From the IMG/VR virus record IMGVR_UViG_3300050821_004371, positions 1 to 64,000 of that record: a stretch of DNA of 64,000 bases, one strand, 5' to 3'. A model generated the notes under the pieces. It was not told the origin of the DNA. It saw only the letters and a list, made by a program, of their open reading frames with translations, and did no database searches. This DNA comes from a virus. Shown here in pieces: positions 20,104-29,914 of the stretch (position 1 is its first letter; every line of letters starts with the position of its first letter). Both the position numbers and the translations under genes were made by a program.

Positions 20104-20766
20104 TCATTTTACAACCTCGGCTGAGAACGCTTTAGCTCGGGCAATGTCTTCGGGCTTGAAGTTCAGAAAATACACGAATCCTAAATCCATGCTCACGCCC
20201 TCTCGGGTTTGCATCTGATCGCCCGAAAGCACGGCAACGAGAATTCCAGAAGTATTGAAAATGCCTGCGCCTGACTCGCCCGGAAACGCTTGGATATCAA
20301 TCAGGATTTTATCGGGCTCGCCTTCTCCCATCGCGGCGGCCATTGATCGATCAACCTTGAGGCCCGCAACGTATCCCTTCTGGTAAATGTCTTGCCAGTC
20401 TCCCGGATTCCCTATGGTAAAAACATCGTCCGTAACCTGCAAAGACTTCTGGTCTACTTCGACGTAATCCGCGAACGTCACACCCTTCAGGAGCAGGATC
20501 GAATGATCTTGCCCGTCTCGGATTCGGGCGATCACCGTGAACGGCCCGTCTTCGCCCCGGATGTATAGATCGTCGGTCGGAAGCTCGCAGTGCGTTGCGG
20601 TCAATAGCGCGTGAGGCCCGATTGCCGTGGCGGAACATCGGGAGCCTTCAGCAATCGTTGCCTGCCCGATTTGATAACTTGCTTTATGCGCCTTAATGAT
20701 TGCGGGTGAGATCGCGAACGCGGGCAACGATAAACCGAGAACTACGAGCAGCAGAAACTTCTTCAC
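20104..20766 (-). CDS. Secreted trypsin-like serine protease
   Basis: Signal peptide MKKFLLLVVLGLSLPAFA; LTATHC, D, PGESGAG triad motifs. Confidence 0.8.
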   Translation of the reverse strand: MKKFLLLVVLGLSLPAFAISPAIIKAHKASYQIGQATIAEGSRCSATAIGPHALLTATHCELPTDDLYIRGEDGPFTVIARIRDGQDHSILLLKGVTFADYVEVDQKSLQVTDDVFTIGNPGDWQDIYQKGYVAGLKVDRSMAAAMGEGEPDKILIDIQAFPGESGAGIFNTSGILVAVLSGDQMQTREGVSMDLGFVYFLNFKPEDIARAKAFSAEVVK

Positions 20767-21047
20767 GGGCTACCTTGGGTACAGGGCATTCATTTTCGCG
20801 GTACCCGAAGGTTCCCCTGCTCCGCGTCATATTCGTACTTGGTTCCAACCCGGTGAATCGCCCGTTGCCGGGAAGTGTCTTTTTAGTCGGCATCTTCGCG
20901 GGCGACGACCTTAGCTTTGCGCCATTGACGGCCAAAGCCGTAAGGCTGAAAAACAAAACTTTCGGGGGTCTGCACCTATGCGTCGCCCTTTTCGGGCGAC
21001 TTTTCAGGCCGGGGCTGTTAGCCCGCAAGACCCCCTACTGGCCCGTG
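20764..21047 (-). ncRNA. Candidate structured RNA or 5' leader
   Basis: Nested stems GGGGGTCTTGC/GCAGACCCCC, GGGCT/AGCCC, GTCGCCC-GAAAA-GGGCGAC, ACC-TTCG-GGT, closing CACGGGC/GCCCGTG; no convincing ORF. Confidence 0.35.
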
Positions 21048-21668
21048 ATTTACGGGCGATTGGGAAGATTTGTTCCCACACAGCAACCTTCAGATCGTAT
21101 CAAGCGTTCTCGACGGTCAAGTTCTTCGATGGTCAGTGTTTCTAGATCGGCGTCCATAATCTCTTTGGCCGTCTTCCTGCTCGTATGGATCAGTTCATTT
21201 CTACGGGCAAGTTGTTCGGGCTTGTAGTCTTCTACCCAGATTGGTTGCTCAACGCGCATTAGTCAACCATTCCAGAAAGGATTTATGGCAACCCGAACAC
21301 AGCTCAATATCGAACTCCACGGGGCCTTCGGTTCCCCACATTTCTGGATCAACGTCTTCAAAGACGGTTGAGAACAGCAATTCTGTCTGTCTCTTTTTGT
21401 GGCACCGGGCGCATCGGGACTTTTTCAAATTAAAACCAGCTTACTTATAGGATTGACTTCTTTTCAATTTTTCGTCAAACCGCCAACTGGTGGGCGGAAC
21501 TTAAAGCACAGGTAACTTGGGAGTGCGTGTCTGCTTTGTACTCTCGGCAAGACGGGCACCAATTTTTAAGAACTTTTTCGGGCATGGTGATGGTCGAGTG
21601 GATAGAGTAAGTTTTCTGCTGTTGTTCGCAGAATGCTCTGTCCCGAGAGTTCTTCAAATCGGTCAGAT

Positions 21669-22088
21669 TCATTGCTCGTCCTCCGTCATATCGCAGTCTA
21701 CTGCTGCGTCTGTACCGCAGTGCTGGCAGCGTAGGAACCAACTGTTGTCTTCCACGGACCCTTCAACCCAAGATAGCTTGCCCGAACCGCATTCTGGGCA
21801 TGTTTGGGTTTCGCGGGCAACTTGCTCTCGGTATTCACCCCCGCCGTGGATCGTATCGTGGGAAAGCTGAGTCTTACGGGCACCGGAAGCCAGCCCATCT
21901 TCCGCAAGTATCTTCTCCCATTTGGCTACTTCCTTGTTGCGGGGTTTGGAACTGATCCCCTTAGAATCATGCTCGGCAATCATTTCACTGATTGCGGGCG
22001 TTGAAGCCGAGGCCAATCTTTTAGGCGAGATACCGATACGCTTCGCTATCCGAAGCAGAACGTCTCTTTCTGTCTCTAGCTCGATCAT
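21669..22088 (-). CDS. Hypothetical protein with C-terminal zinc ribbon
   Basis: CPECG...CQHCG. Confidence 0.6.
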   Translation of the reverse strand: MIELETERDVLLRIAKRIGISPKRLASASTPAISEMIAEHDSKGISSKPRNKEVAKWEKILAEDGLASGARKTQLSHDTIHGGGEYREQVARETQTCPECGSGKLSWVEGSVEDNSWFLRCQHCGTDAAVDCDMTEDEQ

Positions 22089-22119
22089 TTAGTCCCGTCT
22101 AAAAGGAGTACCAACATGG

Positions 22120-22398
22120 TTACTTGTCACCATTTCTCTTTAAGTATTTGATAACATTGTTGATACTGTCGAGACTTCCGCCGACTTCTTCCGAGACTTC
22201 CCGAGCAGACATGCCTACACGCCAATAAAGATAGGCTATCCTGTACCTCCGCATGGCGGGCCCGAAGATTCTCATTTTGAGCTTCTTGTCGCTGTTGGCC
22301 CAAGTAGGAACGTTCTTTCGCGGGCGTCTGATCTTGCGGACTTGGAACCCATCGGGTATCCAATTGCCCTTAAACTCCTGAGAAGATTCGTCAAACAC
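22120..22398 (-). CDS. Putative HTH (sigma region 4-like) DNA-binding protein
   Basis: YLYWRVGMSAREVSEEVGGSLDSINNVI. Confidence 0.55.
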   Translation of the reverse strand: MFDESSQEFKGNWIPDGFQVRKIRRPRKNVPTWANSDKKLKMRIFGPAMRRYRIAYLYWRVGMSAREVSEEVGGSLDSINNVIKYLKRNGDK

Positions 22399-22487
22399 TG
22401 CTTGTCCGCTTTCCGTACAAAATTTAGGCGGGCAACGGGCGGCTGATTACCGAACGTTGCCCGCCATCCGAAAGATACAGCAAAACT

Positions 22488-22516
22488 AGATTACCAAAGA
22501 TTGATTACTTTGTCAA
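22488..22516 (-). promoter_or_regulatory. Sigma70-type promoter
   Basis: TTGACA-17-TAATCT with TG extension; downstream 11-bp hairpin at 22427-22465. Confidence 0.7.
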
Positions 22517-22518
22517 GC

Positions 22519-22794
22519 CTACTTCTTCTCCTCGGGCTTCGCGATCTTGATGACGCCCGGAACCTGACCTACGGGCGACCCCGGCGGGGCCTGGACGAGC
22601 ATAACCTGCGTCGCCTGAATCTGGATTACGATGTGCGGCGGAAGGATTTCGCCCGAAGGCTTGCCGTCAAGAGTGATTCCACGAGCAATCGATCCGTCGT
22701 CTATTTTCTGGATTACGCCGATAATGTGATCGGGCTTCAAGGATATAGCATCGCCCGTAGCGAGTTCATTGCCGATAAAGTCTAGTATTTTCAT
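22519..22794 (-). CDS. Hypothetical protein
   Basis: 91 aa, ATGA overlap with upstream ORF. Confidence 0.6.
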   Translation of the reverse strand: MKILDFIGNELATGDAISLKPDHIIGVIQKIDDGSIARGITLDGKPSGEILPPHIVIQIQATQVMLVQAPPGSPVGQVPGVIKIAKPEEKK

Positions 22795-23168
22795 GCAGTT
22801 ACCTTCCCTTGTGGTTTGTTAATATCATATTCTTCAAGATAATGACAGTAGTCTTCGGGAGGATATTCTTCCTTCAGGAATCTCTGGCGGGCCTCGGCAG
22901 TCTCTTTATCCGTCCAGATGGAATCGATCTCGTTCCCCTCCCACGCGGGCCCGTAACTAACTGCCCACAGTTTCATGGAGTTACCCTTTCTTCGAACTTT
23001 TTGACGTAACTCCGGATGCCGCGCCTCCGGCGCATACTCGGCAAATAGTTGCGCCCATCTGACGAAGGTGAAAGTGTCAAAGAATCTACCTTCTTTCGAA
23101 ACTTTGGACTCTAGCCATTTGTGAGCTGCCTTATACTCTGCGGGCGTGTACAGCTTCTTGTCTGTCAT
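22791..23168 (-). CDS. Hypothetical protein
   Basis: 125 aa, GAGG RBS. Confidence 0.6.
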   Translation of the reverse strand: MTDKKLYTPAEYKAAHKWLESKVSKEGRFFDTFTFVRWAQLFAEYAPEARHPELRQKVRRKGNSMKLWAVSYGPAWEGNEIDSIWTDKETAEARQRFLKEEYPPEDYCHYLEEYDINKPQGKVTA

Positions 23169-23458
23169 CTCAACCTCACAAATTCCGCGATAGATATTCT
23201 ACCGCTAGCTCGAGTTCGCCTACAGCTTCGTCTGAATCTTGGCAGACTTCCTCGACATCCGCGACCAAAGCCCGAAGCTTGTCCCGCGCGTCGGCAATGA
23301 CTGCCTGGTGCTTCTTGATTGCGGCAATAATGGTTAGCTTCGTCAGCGGTTTGCGCGTGTCACTCATCTCAACCCCCGTATTGGTCATCCCAGCCTTCGT
23401 TGCGCGTGTCTGTCATCGGGTTCCTACACATTTCTTTACAATTACAAAACTTTACGAA

Positions 23459-23512
23459 TGGTGGACGGAACGTCGAGGCGTGCCCGACCTAAACTACTGG
23501 CTAGTTCCGCCC
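23459..23512 (-). ncRNA. Candidate 54-nt tRNA-Ala-like minihelix RNA
   Basis: GGGCGGAAC...GTTCCGTCC-ACCA with G3:U70 equivalent and A discriminator, immediately after a promoter. Confidence 0.4.
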
Positions 23513-23520
23513 GTAGAAGC

Positions 23521-23549
23521 AGAGTACCAGAGTCGCGAGCGGTTGTCAA
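23521..23549 (-). promoter_or_regulatory. Sigma70-type promoter
   Basis: TTGACA-17-TACTCT with TG extension. Confidence 0.65.
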
Positions 23550-25318
23550 GCCCATGCCGTTAAGGGACGTTTTGTGGCCTGTAAGAGACGGATAAGGGAC
23601 TTTAGCGTGCCGGAAGCAAGCCCCACCCACCTATTTGAAAAGAAGGTACTTAGAATATTTTTGCTACCCAAGCATAGGCCGCGAATGACTAGGGGCGGTG
23701 GGGTAGAGCGCCCGGTGGCATCTCCAAGATAACAATCCTTTTACCCAAGGGACCCTAAAGTGGTACACGCCAAAACTGTCTCCTCGATCCTGGTGCGGTC
23801 TGGGGTGTACTCCGGCGCTTCGGGCTTGCAATCCGCACATTCTAATCGGGTTAGAGGATTCGTTGGAATTTGTTGTTGAGTAGAAAACTCAACAGAAATT
23901 TCTGGTGGGAAATCGTGGCCGCTAATGGGGTCAAGTGGGAAATTGAAATCGAGCGTGGCTACTGTGTGCCATACAGTATTACTTTGGTAATCAGGCTTTA
24001 GCGGGCAAGTGTCGGGCCTTGCCTCAGAACGAACCAAACTAGGTATTCGATATTGCAAACGCCTCTAGCTCGCTGCAAGCATCCAAAGGGATCATCTTGC
24101 GCGTCTAGCCATTTGGTTATTATCTCCTTATCTTTCGCTGTCATGTACTCGTTTACGGGCTTCGGGCTATTCATTTTCCGTATTCCTCTGGCGCAGGCAG
24201 CGAATGCACGGTCCAAACTCGCCCTGATGATCCGTTGTTCGCTGGCATCGCTCGCAATATGCTTCCCGCTCGATTACCATAAAGTCTGACATCGTGTATT
24301 CTTCACAGCGCTCATGTTGCATTCGGGCGTCCAATCTTATACGGAAAACGAACTGTCTAATCTATTGATTACGGGCAAGTTGCTTCTGTCTAACCACGTA
24401 TTGCAAAGCCTCGGACACGTTCTTCCATCCCGATTGCTCGCACAGGTCTCGGACTCGGTTTACCAGCAGATACCATTCTTCGGGCGTGAGTATTGGATAG
24501 TCTTTCGGGTTTGGTTCGGGCATAATCCTCTTTCCGTACAACGGGAAAAATGCCCGCAGATTCACTAGGTCTGCGGGCTTATGCGCTAACAGGGTAAACT
24601 TTTCAATCACTTACGGGCGGAAAACCGCTCTTTAGCAAGTACATGAACAGCGTTTACTCCGATAGGCGTCAAGGTCACGATATAACTCAGTCGATGACGC
24701 CCGCGCAATGCCTCTGGGATAACCTCAAGATCATAAGTGACAAGCCCGAGGGATGATAAATGCTCTATTGTCTTAGCTTTGCGGGCTTTGTAGGCAATGG
24801 TTTGATAGGGAATTTCGCTCTTAGCAAACAAATCATCTAGCATCTTGATCTGAGGTCCAGTCAATTTGTCCAGCATTTCTCCCCCTAGTACTTCTTGCCG
24901 TAATTTGTCAACCATTCCCCAAAGTCTTTAATCGTGGGCTCGGACGTGTCTATTCCGTCCAAAATACCTTTCTTTTCGGGCGTCCGATGCCCGCAAGCTG
25001 CGATCAAGAAGCATAGAATCAGAAACATTCCGTAGGTCATTAGCGTCTCGCTCCTTCGGGCGAATTGTGCTCAACTAATCCAGTTTCCGAATCCCAAACT
25101 TGCCCGTATCCAAGCTTCCACGGGCAGCCAAGGATTGTCTTAGCGCAAGACATGCACATCGGCTCGCGCCATCCCTTGGCAATTTCCTGATGGCTCGCGT
25201 AATTGCCCATCAATTTGCACTTTGGGCAGGTTAGCGACATCCCAGTAAAGGCCCGAATCTTCATGTCTGTATATTAGCACCTAGCTCGCCAAAGTCAAGT
25301 ACATTTTCCGTATAATCG

Positions 25319-25331
25319 CAAGTCATTGATT
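25319..25331 (+). promoter_or_regulatory. IHF-consensus site
   Basis: CAAGTCATTGATT = YAANNNNTTGATW; also an exact match at 24358-24370 and a near match at 25477-25489. Confidence 0.45.
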
Positions 25332-25506
25332 TTCGGGCGATTATAGGTCTTGACGCTGTACAGATAACGGATTAGACTCCGATCATGGTTGCCCGAATAG
25401 CAAAATCTGTCAAGTTTTATGACATAAAAACGCATTTGGTCGGATTCGGGCAGAATGCGGGCGTGTGGATAGTCTGTAACCTATTGAAATTGTGGATTCT
25501 GATAGG

Positions 25507-25899
25507 CTATGGCATATCCCGGCTTGGGACACATTTCGGAGTTGCAAAGGCAGACCGCATCAAATAGTCTTGGATGCGAAAGAGCGGTATTTTGTGTTTT
25601 TCTATCCAGCCTAACAGCATGTTACACGGGTTACACAAGAGTCCGCGAATTATGCCGGAAGAGTGAGAATGGTCAATATGCGGCGAGTGCAGATGTGCAG
25701 CACAAAGCAAGCATCTAGATTGCTGCTCGGTGAGCATGGTGTCAACATCTTCGGGAGTAAGCCCGTAGGTCTTCTCCAATCGGCGCTTGCGGGTATGGAA
25801 TCGCTTGACGGCGGGCGGCGAAGATACCCTACAATCCGCACACGTAGGTTTCGAGGCAGGTTTGAGCGTACCGCATTTGGGGCAGTTGTTTAGTGGCAT
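25507..25899 (-). CDS. Endonuclease VII-like protein
   Basis: YGLTPE..TMLTEQ..RCLLC, IDHSH..G.IRGLLCNPCN. Confidence 0.8.
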   Translation of the reverse strand: MPLNNCPKCGTLKPASKPTCADCRVSSPPAVKRFHTRKRRLEKTYGLTPEDVDTMLTEQQSRCLLCAAHLHSPHIDHSHSSGIIRGLLCNPCNMLLGWIEKHKIPLFRIQDYLMRSAFATPKCVPSRDMP

Positions 25900-25911
25900 A
25901 TTATGTTAACC

Positions 25912-25940
25912 ATTGTACCATAAATTGTCAGTTTTGTCAA
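25912..25940 (-). promoter_or_regulatory. Strong sigma70-type leftward promoter at the strand switch
   Basis: TTGACA-17-TACAAT with TG extension. Confidence 0.75.
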
Positions 25941-25967
25941 GGGCTTACTGATTCTAAAGGCTTTAAG

Positions 25968-25990
25968 TTTGGTCTCTTGGTTGCAAGATA
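25968..25990 (+). promoter_or_regulatory. Repeated rightward element with sigma54-like spacing (copy 1)
   Basis: TTTGG-N8-TTGCAAGATA (GG-N10-GC); matching copy at 27549-27571; both followed by AAAGAGGCCGAA and an ATG. Confidence 0.45.
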
Positions 25991-26357
25991 CATTGCAAAG
26001 CCCGCAAGGGCAGAAAAGAGGCCGAACATGAGACCACAAGATCAAGACAGGTGGGATGAAACACGGGTTTCAGTAATTCTCAAGACTTCGGAGCCCGAAG
26101 GTGTTTATGTTCCGTACTGGCAAGGTGAAGACGATTTCGAGCAGGCGAGGAGATAATATGTCGATGACCAAAATTGATACGGGCAAAATGCACGAAGCTT
26201 ACGAGCAGATGACAAGCGACGATCAGCGGGCAATTGATAAGGCTTTCACGGCTGCCCGCACTGCTCTGATCGATAACGGGCTTGGACACGTCGCAAACGA
26301 TGACCGAGCAGAAGAACTGGTCGCTGCCATCGCCTATTACGTTATCAGGAGCAAACA

Positions 26358-26636
26358 ATGAGAACGAAGATTTTCAGACCACGCGGAATCGAAGAAGACG
26401 GGCTCAAGTATTATCAAGAGCAGGACAAGCACGGTGATTACGTTTCGATTGACCCGAGCACGGCTGATTATTACCGTCAAATCGGGCAACCTGGGAAGCT
26501 AGAAGCCCGCGCAACGTGCATTGCTGGTAGTGTTTCTAGCGTCTGTACCACGAGCGTTACACTCCAATGGCTGCAAAAGCATTGCCATCGTGTACGGAAA
26601 GCGGATATTCCCGCCAACTGGCTAGAGGTTCTGTGA
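26358..26636 (+). CDS. Early hypothetical protein
   Basis: AGGAG RBS, ATGA overlap; part of a run of small early ORFs at 26028-28497. Confidence 0.6.
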   Translation: MRTKIFRPRGIEEDGLKYYQEQDKHGDYVSIDPSTADYYRQIGQPGKLEARATCIAGSVSSVCTTSVTLQWLQKHCHRVRKADIPANWLEVL

Positions 26637-26852
26637 ATTCCGCAACCAGAGACTTACTAACGCGGTCCTTCGGATTACGGGCGATCTTGCTTGGACGCCC
26701 GAGAATCAGAACGATCCACAGCAGCCCGAAAGACCTAGAGTTTTGGTTCGGGCGATTGGACAAGTTTCAGGCAGAAACGCCCGCATGGGCTGAAAATATT
26801 TGGCTCGCGGGCTTCGAGTGCATGATAGAATCTAGTCGATAACGGAGGATTT

Positions 26853-27122
26853 ATGAAGACGAAATTGGCCTTGCTCGCCGCTCTAGCGGTATCGAATTTG
26901 CTCTGGTTTAACTATTACGGGCAACTGTCCCGCGATTACGACCGAACAGATGCGTATCGGCAATGGTCGGATTCAATCATCAGCGAGCAGCCGGATTCGC
27001 TCGTCTACAAAATACGGAAAACGTATATCGGCGAAGCCCGTGTAACATGTTTAAATGGTGGAGATGCCGCAATTAGGCCCTTGGATGAATTCGGGCAGAT
27101 TATCGTTAGCTGTGGCAAGTAA
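26853..27122 (+). CDS. Small exported/membrane protein
   Basis: GGAGG RBS, hydrophobic N-terminus. Confidence 0.6.
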   Translation: MKTKLALLAALAVSNLLWFNYYGQLSRDYDRTDAYRQWSDSIISEQPDSLVYKIRKTYIGEARVTCLNGGDAAIRPLDEFGQIIVSCGK

Positions 27123-27548
27123 TCGCCAGAATGTTACTCGGGTTACTTGCCCGAAAACAAGCCTTCCCCTAGACTGAGACTCGGAGGTTTTTATGTCAAT
27201 GTCTTGGGTTACAAATGACGCGGTTTACGTGCAGGATGCGCTGCGAGAGTTCAATTTCAGGCAGCCTGCGTACACAAAGCCAGCAGAGAATTTCGGGCAA
27301 CTGTCGCCCGAGAATCAATCTTGGGTTTTGATGCGGGCAGCCGAGCTTAAGACCGAGGCAGCCCGATGACCGAGAAAATCCTAAGCTTCTGGTATTGGCT
27401 CGAACAGTGGAGTTTAATCTGCTTTGCGGGCTGGGCGTTGCTTGCGGGTTTGGATTGGCTGTTTGGCAAAAATCGGTACAACCGATGACACTTTCGGGCA
27501 ACCTGTCCGTTTTCCGTATTGTTGCCCGATGAAAACAAAAGACTTAGG

Positions 27549-27571
27549 TTTGGAGAGACAGTTGCAAGATA
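27549..27571 (+). promoter_or_regulatory. Repeated rightward element with sigma54-like spacing (copy 2)
   Basis: TTTGGAGAGACAGTTGCAAGATA. Confidence 0.45.
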
Positions 27572-27608
27572 ACAAGTGTAAGTCAAATCACACAAAGAGG
27601 CCGAAACA

Positions 27609-27947
27609 ATGCAAGCATACAGCGATCCAAAACGAGCGAGCGATCCTTACAGCCTGCCCGATGTGGAAGTATTCGAGCTAACGGCAGAAGAGGCCGTCCA
27701 GCAGGATGAGGATTTGATGTGGGATGCGGGCAAGCGATTCCCGCTAATGCACATGAATTCCCGCGATAGGGACAAGGCTATTGAGTGGGCAATCGAAGAA
27801 TCAGGCACGACTGGCGGGTGGTTCTGGTGGACGTGTCTGCCTGGATGTATGCCCGATAGTTGTGCGTTTGGCCCGTTCAAAACCCGCAAGGAAGCTTTAG
27901 CAGATGCGCAAGAGAATGCCGACGTAGACGAGGATTCGGGCGAGTAA
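27609..27947 (+). CDS. Acidic early protein
   Basis: GAGG RBS; GWFWW..PGCMPDS...GPFKT; acidic tail. Confidence 0.65.
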   Translation: MQAYSDPKRASDPYSLPDVEVFELTAEEAVQQDEDLMWDAGKRFPLMHMNSRDRDKAIEWAIEESGTTGGWFWWTCLPGCMPDSCAFGPFKTRKEALADAQENADVDEDSGE

Positions 27948-28022
27948 GCAAACCCAGTACAGAAAACGGATTACGGGCGATAGCCCGAAACGATCGGACC
28001 AGACCTTTAAACGGAGGAAAAT

Positions 28023-28346
28023 ATGTCACAGAGAGACCGAAACGAATTCGTACACTTTTTCATGAAGTATGCACCGTTATCGTTGGAAGAGAAGTACGGC
28101 AGTCTTCGGAATGCCGCTCTAAAACTCATGCGATACGCTGCCACTCACGTTCGGATTGAGGCCGAGCTAACCAACGGCTACAAGGATCATGCGGGCAATT
28201 GGGACTTCGCCCGAACACAAAAGGCTATTGCCAAGCGTAATCGGATTGATGCCAAGATGGAAGCAATTGCGCCTATCGTTTACGGTGCATTAACCGTCAG
28301 TGTTCGGATGGGCAATCGGGAATTCTACATTCCTGCGCGAGGATAA
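28023..28346 (+). CDS. Early hypothetical protein
   Basis: GGAGG RBS, 107 aa. Confidence 0.65.
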   Translation: MSQRDRNEFVHFFMKYAPLSLEEKYGSLRNAALKLMRYAATHVRIEAELTNGYKDHAGNWDFARTQKAIAKRNRIDAKMEAIAPIVYGALTVSVRMGNREFYIPARG

Positions 28347-28498
28347 CATGCGTAAAACGATCCTGCTCCTTCTCACGCTAGTCATGCTGGTTAACTTCGG
28401 GTTTGCTTCGGGCGTCCGCCGTCATTCGGGTGCCCGAAGATCAATCCGGAAAACGTACACGATCCATAAACCTGCCCGTAGACATCAGAGGAGATAAC

Positions 28499-29146
28499 AT
28501 GAAGTTTGAAATCAAAAATCGTTGGACAGCAGAAGTAATTTTCAGTTCGGATTCCGTAGATTTGCGGGCGTCCGTAACTGCGGCAGTCAAAACTGGGGCG
28601 GACTTGCGGTCGGCGAACTTGCGGTCGGCGGACTTGCGGTCGGCGGACTTGCGGTCGGCGGACTTGCGGTCGGCGGACTTGCGGTCGGCGAACTTGCGGT
28701 CGGCGAACTTGCGGTCGGCGGACTTGTGGTCGGCGGACTTGTGGTCGGCGAACTTGTGGTCGGCGAACTTGCAGTCGGCGGACTTGCGGTCGGCGAACTT
28801 GCGGTCGGCGAACTTGCAGTCGGCGGACTTGCGGTCGGCGAACTTGCGGTCGGCGAACTTGACCAAAGCACAACTACCCGCGCCTACAATGGTTCTTATG
28901 GCTTCGTGGGGAAGCGTATCAGCGGAGCTGTGCGCCGATCTAATGATGTACGACGCCTCTTGCCACCCGAATCAAAATGCCTTTGACAAGTGGGCAGCAG
29001 GCGGACCTTGCCCGTATGAAGGAGTCAATGTTCAGCGAGCTTGCAATTTCAAAGAACAGAAAGAACTGTGGGGAAAAGGAAAGTTCCGCAAACCGATCAA
29101 TTTAATGCTTCGCTTGTTCAAGGAAAAGGGTATCAAATTTGAGTAA
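28499..29146 (+). CDS. Pentapeptide repeat protein
   Basis: GAGGAG RBS, MKFEIKNRW then A(D/N)L(R/W/Q)S x17. Confidence 0.85.
   Translation: MKFEIKNRWTAEVIFSSDSVDLRASVTAAVKTGADLRSANLRSADLRSADLRSADLRSADLRSANLRSANLRSADLWSADLWSANLWSANLQSADLRSANLRSANLQSADLRSANLRSANLTKAQLPAPTMVLMASWGSVSAELCADLMMYDASCHPNQNAFDKWAAGGPCPYEGVNVQRACNFKEQKELWGKGKFRKPINLMLRLFKEKGIKFE
28598..28861 (+). repeat. 15-bp coding tandem repeat, about 17.6 copies
   Basis: GCG(G/A)ACTTG(CGG/TGG/CAG)TCG units. Confidence 0.95.
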
Positions 29147-29385
29147 CCCGTAGACACGGGCGATAGGAGCCGTATGGAATTCCCCGAGCAAATCGGCTTT
29201 TCGATGGGCCCGTTTGGATACACGTTCACGTTGCCTCGTTATCTTGACGGTGCTTACGGTTGTTGTGGCAGAGATGGGTGCAATGCAAAACATTGGCCCA
29301 ACTGGATCGGCTTGTTCTGGGATTCGAGCAAGAAACGGTTGTACTTCTTCCCCGTGCCGATGTTCGGGCTACGGATTGACTTTGA

Positions 29386-29502
29386 TTAGCGTTTATCGGG
29401 CTTCGGGCAATCGCTCATAGCGCAGAGCCGCCCGAAGAACAAAGCGAAGACAACGGACGCCAGGAACCAGACGCCCGCAAGTTTGAGAATGAAAGTAACC
29501 AT
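29386..29502 (-). CDS. 38-aa single-TM peptide, antisense to the early arm
   Basis: [38 protein letters not shown]; AAAGGGG RBS; TTGACA upstream at 29549-29554. Confidence 0.5.
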   Translation of the reverse strand: MVTFILKLAGVWFLASVVFALFFGRLCAMSDCPKPDKR

Positions 29503-29578
29503 AAGTAATTCCCCTTTCGTGTAGCATCGTGGCACTAACGGGCGATGTTGTCAAGAAAATACGGAAAACGGAGGAGAA

Positions 29579-29914
29579 ATGTCCAAACCTTGTTCTTGCC
29601 TAGAGCCTCATGCCGCACATACCTATAACGGGCGACCGATGCTCTTGTGTCCAGGCGTCGGGCGTCAAGACTTGCACGGTACGGAAAACGTATGGAAAGG
29701 GAGCATACAACGGACGCTAGATGATTGGGAAGAGTCAGACACCCGCAAGGCTCTAGACATTATAGCGCGGGAAGGAAGGGTATCGCCCGAATCCACTTTC
29801 TGTATTGACTGCGGGCAGCCTACTACGCCCGGTAAAGGCTCTGCTCGTTGCCCGTCATGCTGGGAAGATAGGTTAGATTACGAATTCCAGCAGCAAGCGG
29901 GGGAGGATTACTAA
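29579..29914 (+). CDS. Zn-finger hypothetical protein
   Basis: GGAGGAG RBS, CIDCG...CPSC. Confidence 0.6.
   Translation: MSKPCSCLEPHAAHTYNGRPMLLCPGVGRQDLHGTENVWKGSIQRTLDDWEESDTRKALDIIAREGRVSPESTFCIDCGQPTTPGKGSARCPSCWEDRLDYEFQQQAGEDY

Noticed and set aside
20900-21035. c-di-GMP riboswitch or hammerhead ribozyme
   Set aside because: Only fragments resemble them (GACGCA.AG, CTGAAAA); the conserved cores are incomplete.
23459-23512. Canonical tRNA or tmRNA
   Set aside because: Too short, with no D arm, anticodon arm or TTC loop; kept only as a minihelix candidate. No full tRNA was seen in the window.
28391-28986. Alternative-frame ORFs (VRRPQ, SADRK, LAVGG, SSPTA repeats)
   Set aside because: Shadows of the 15-bp repeat; only the A(D/N)LRS frame has an RBS and a known family pattern.
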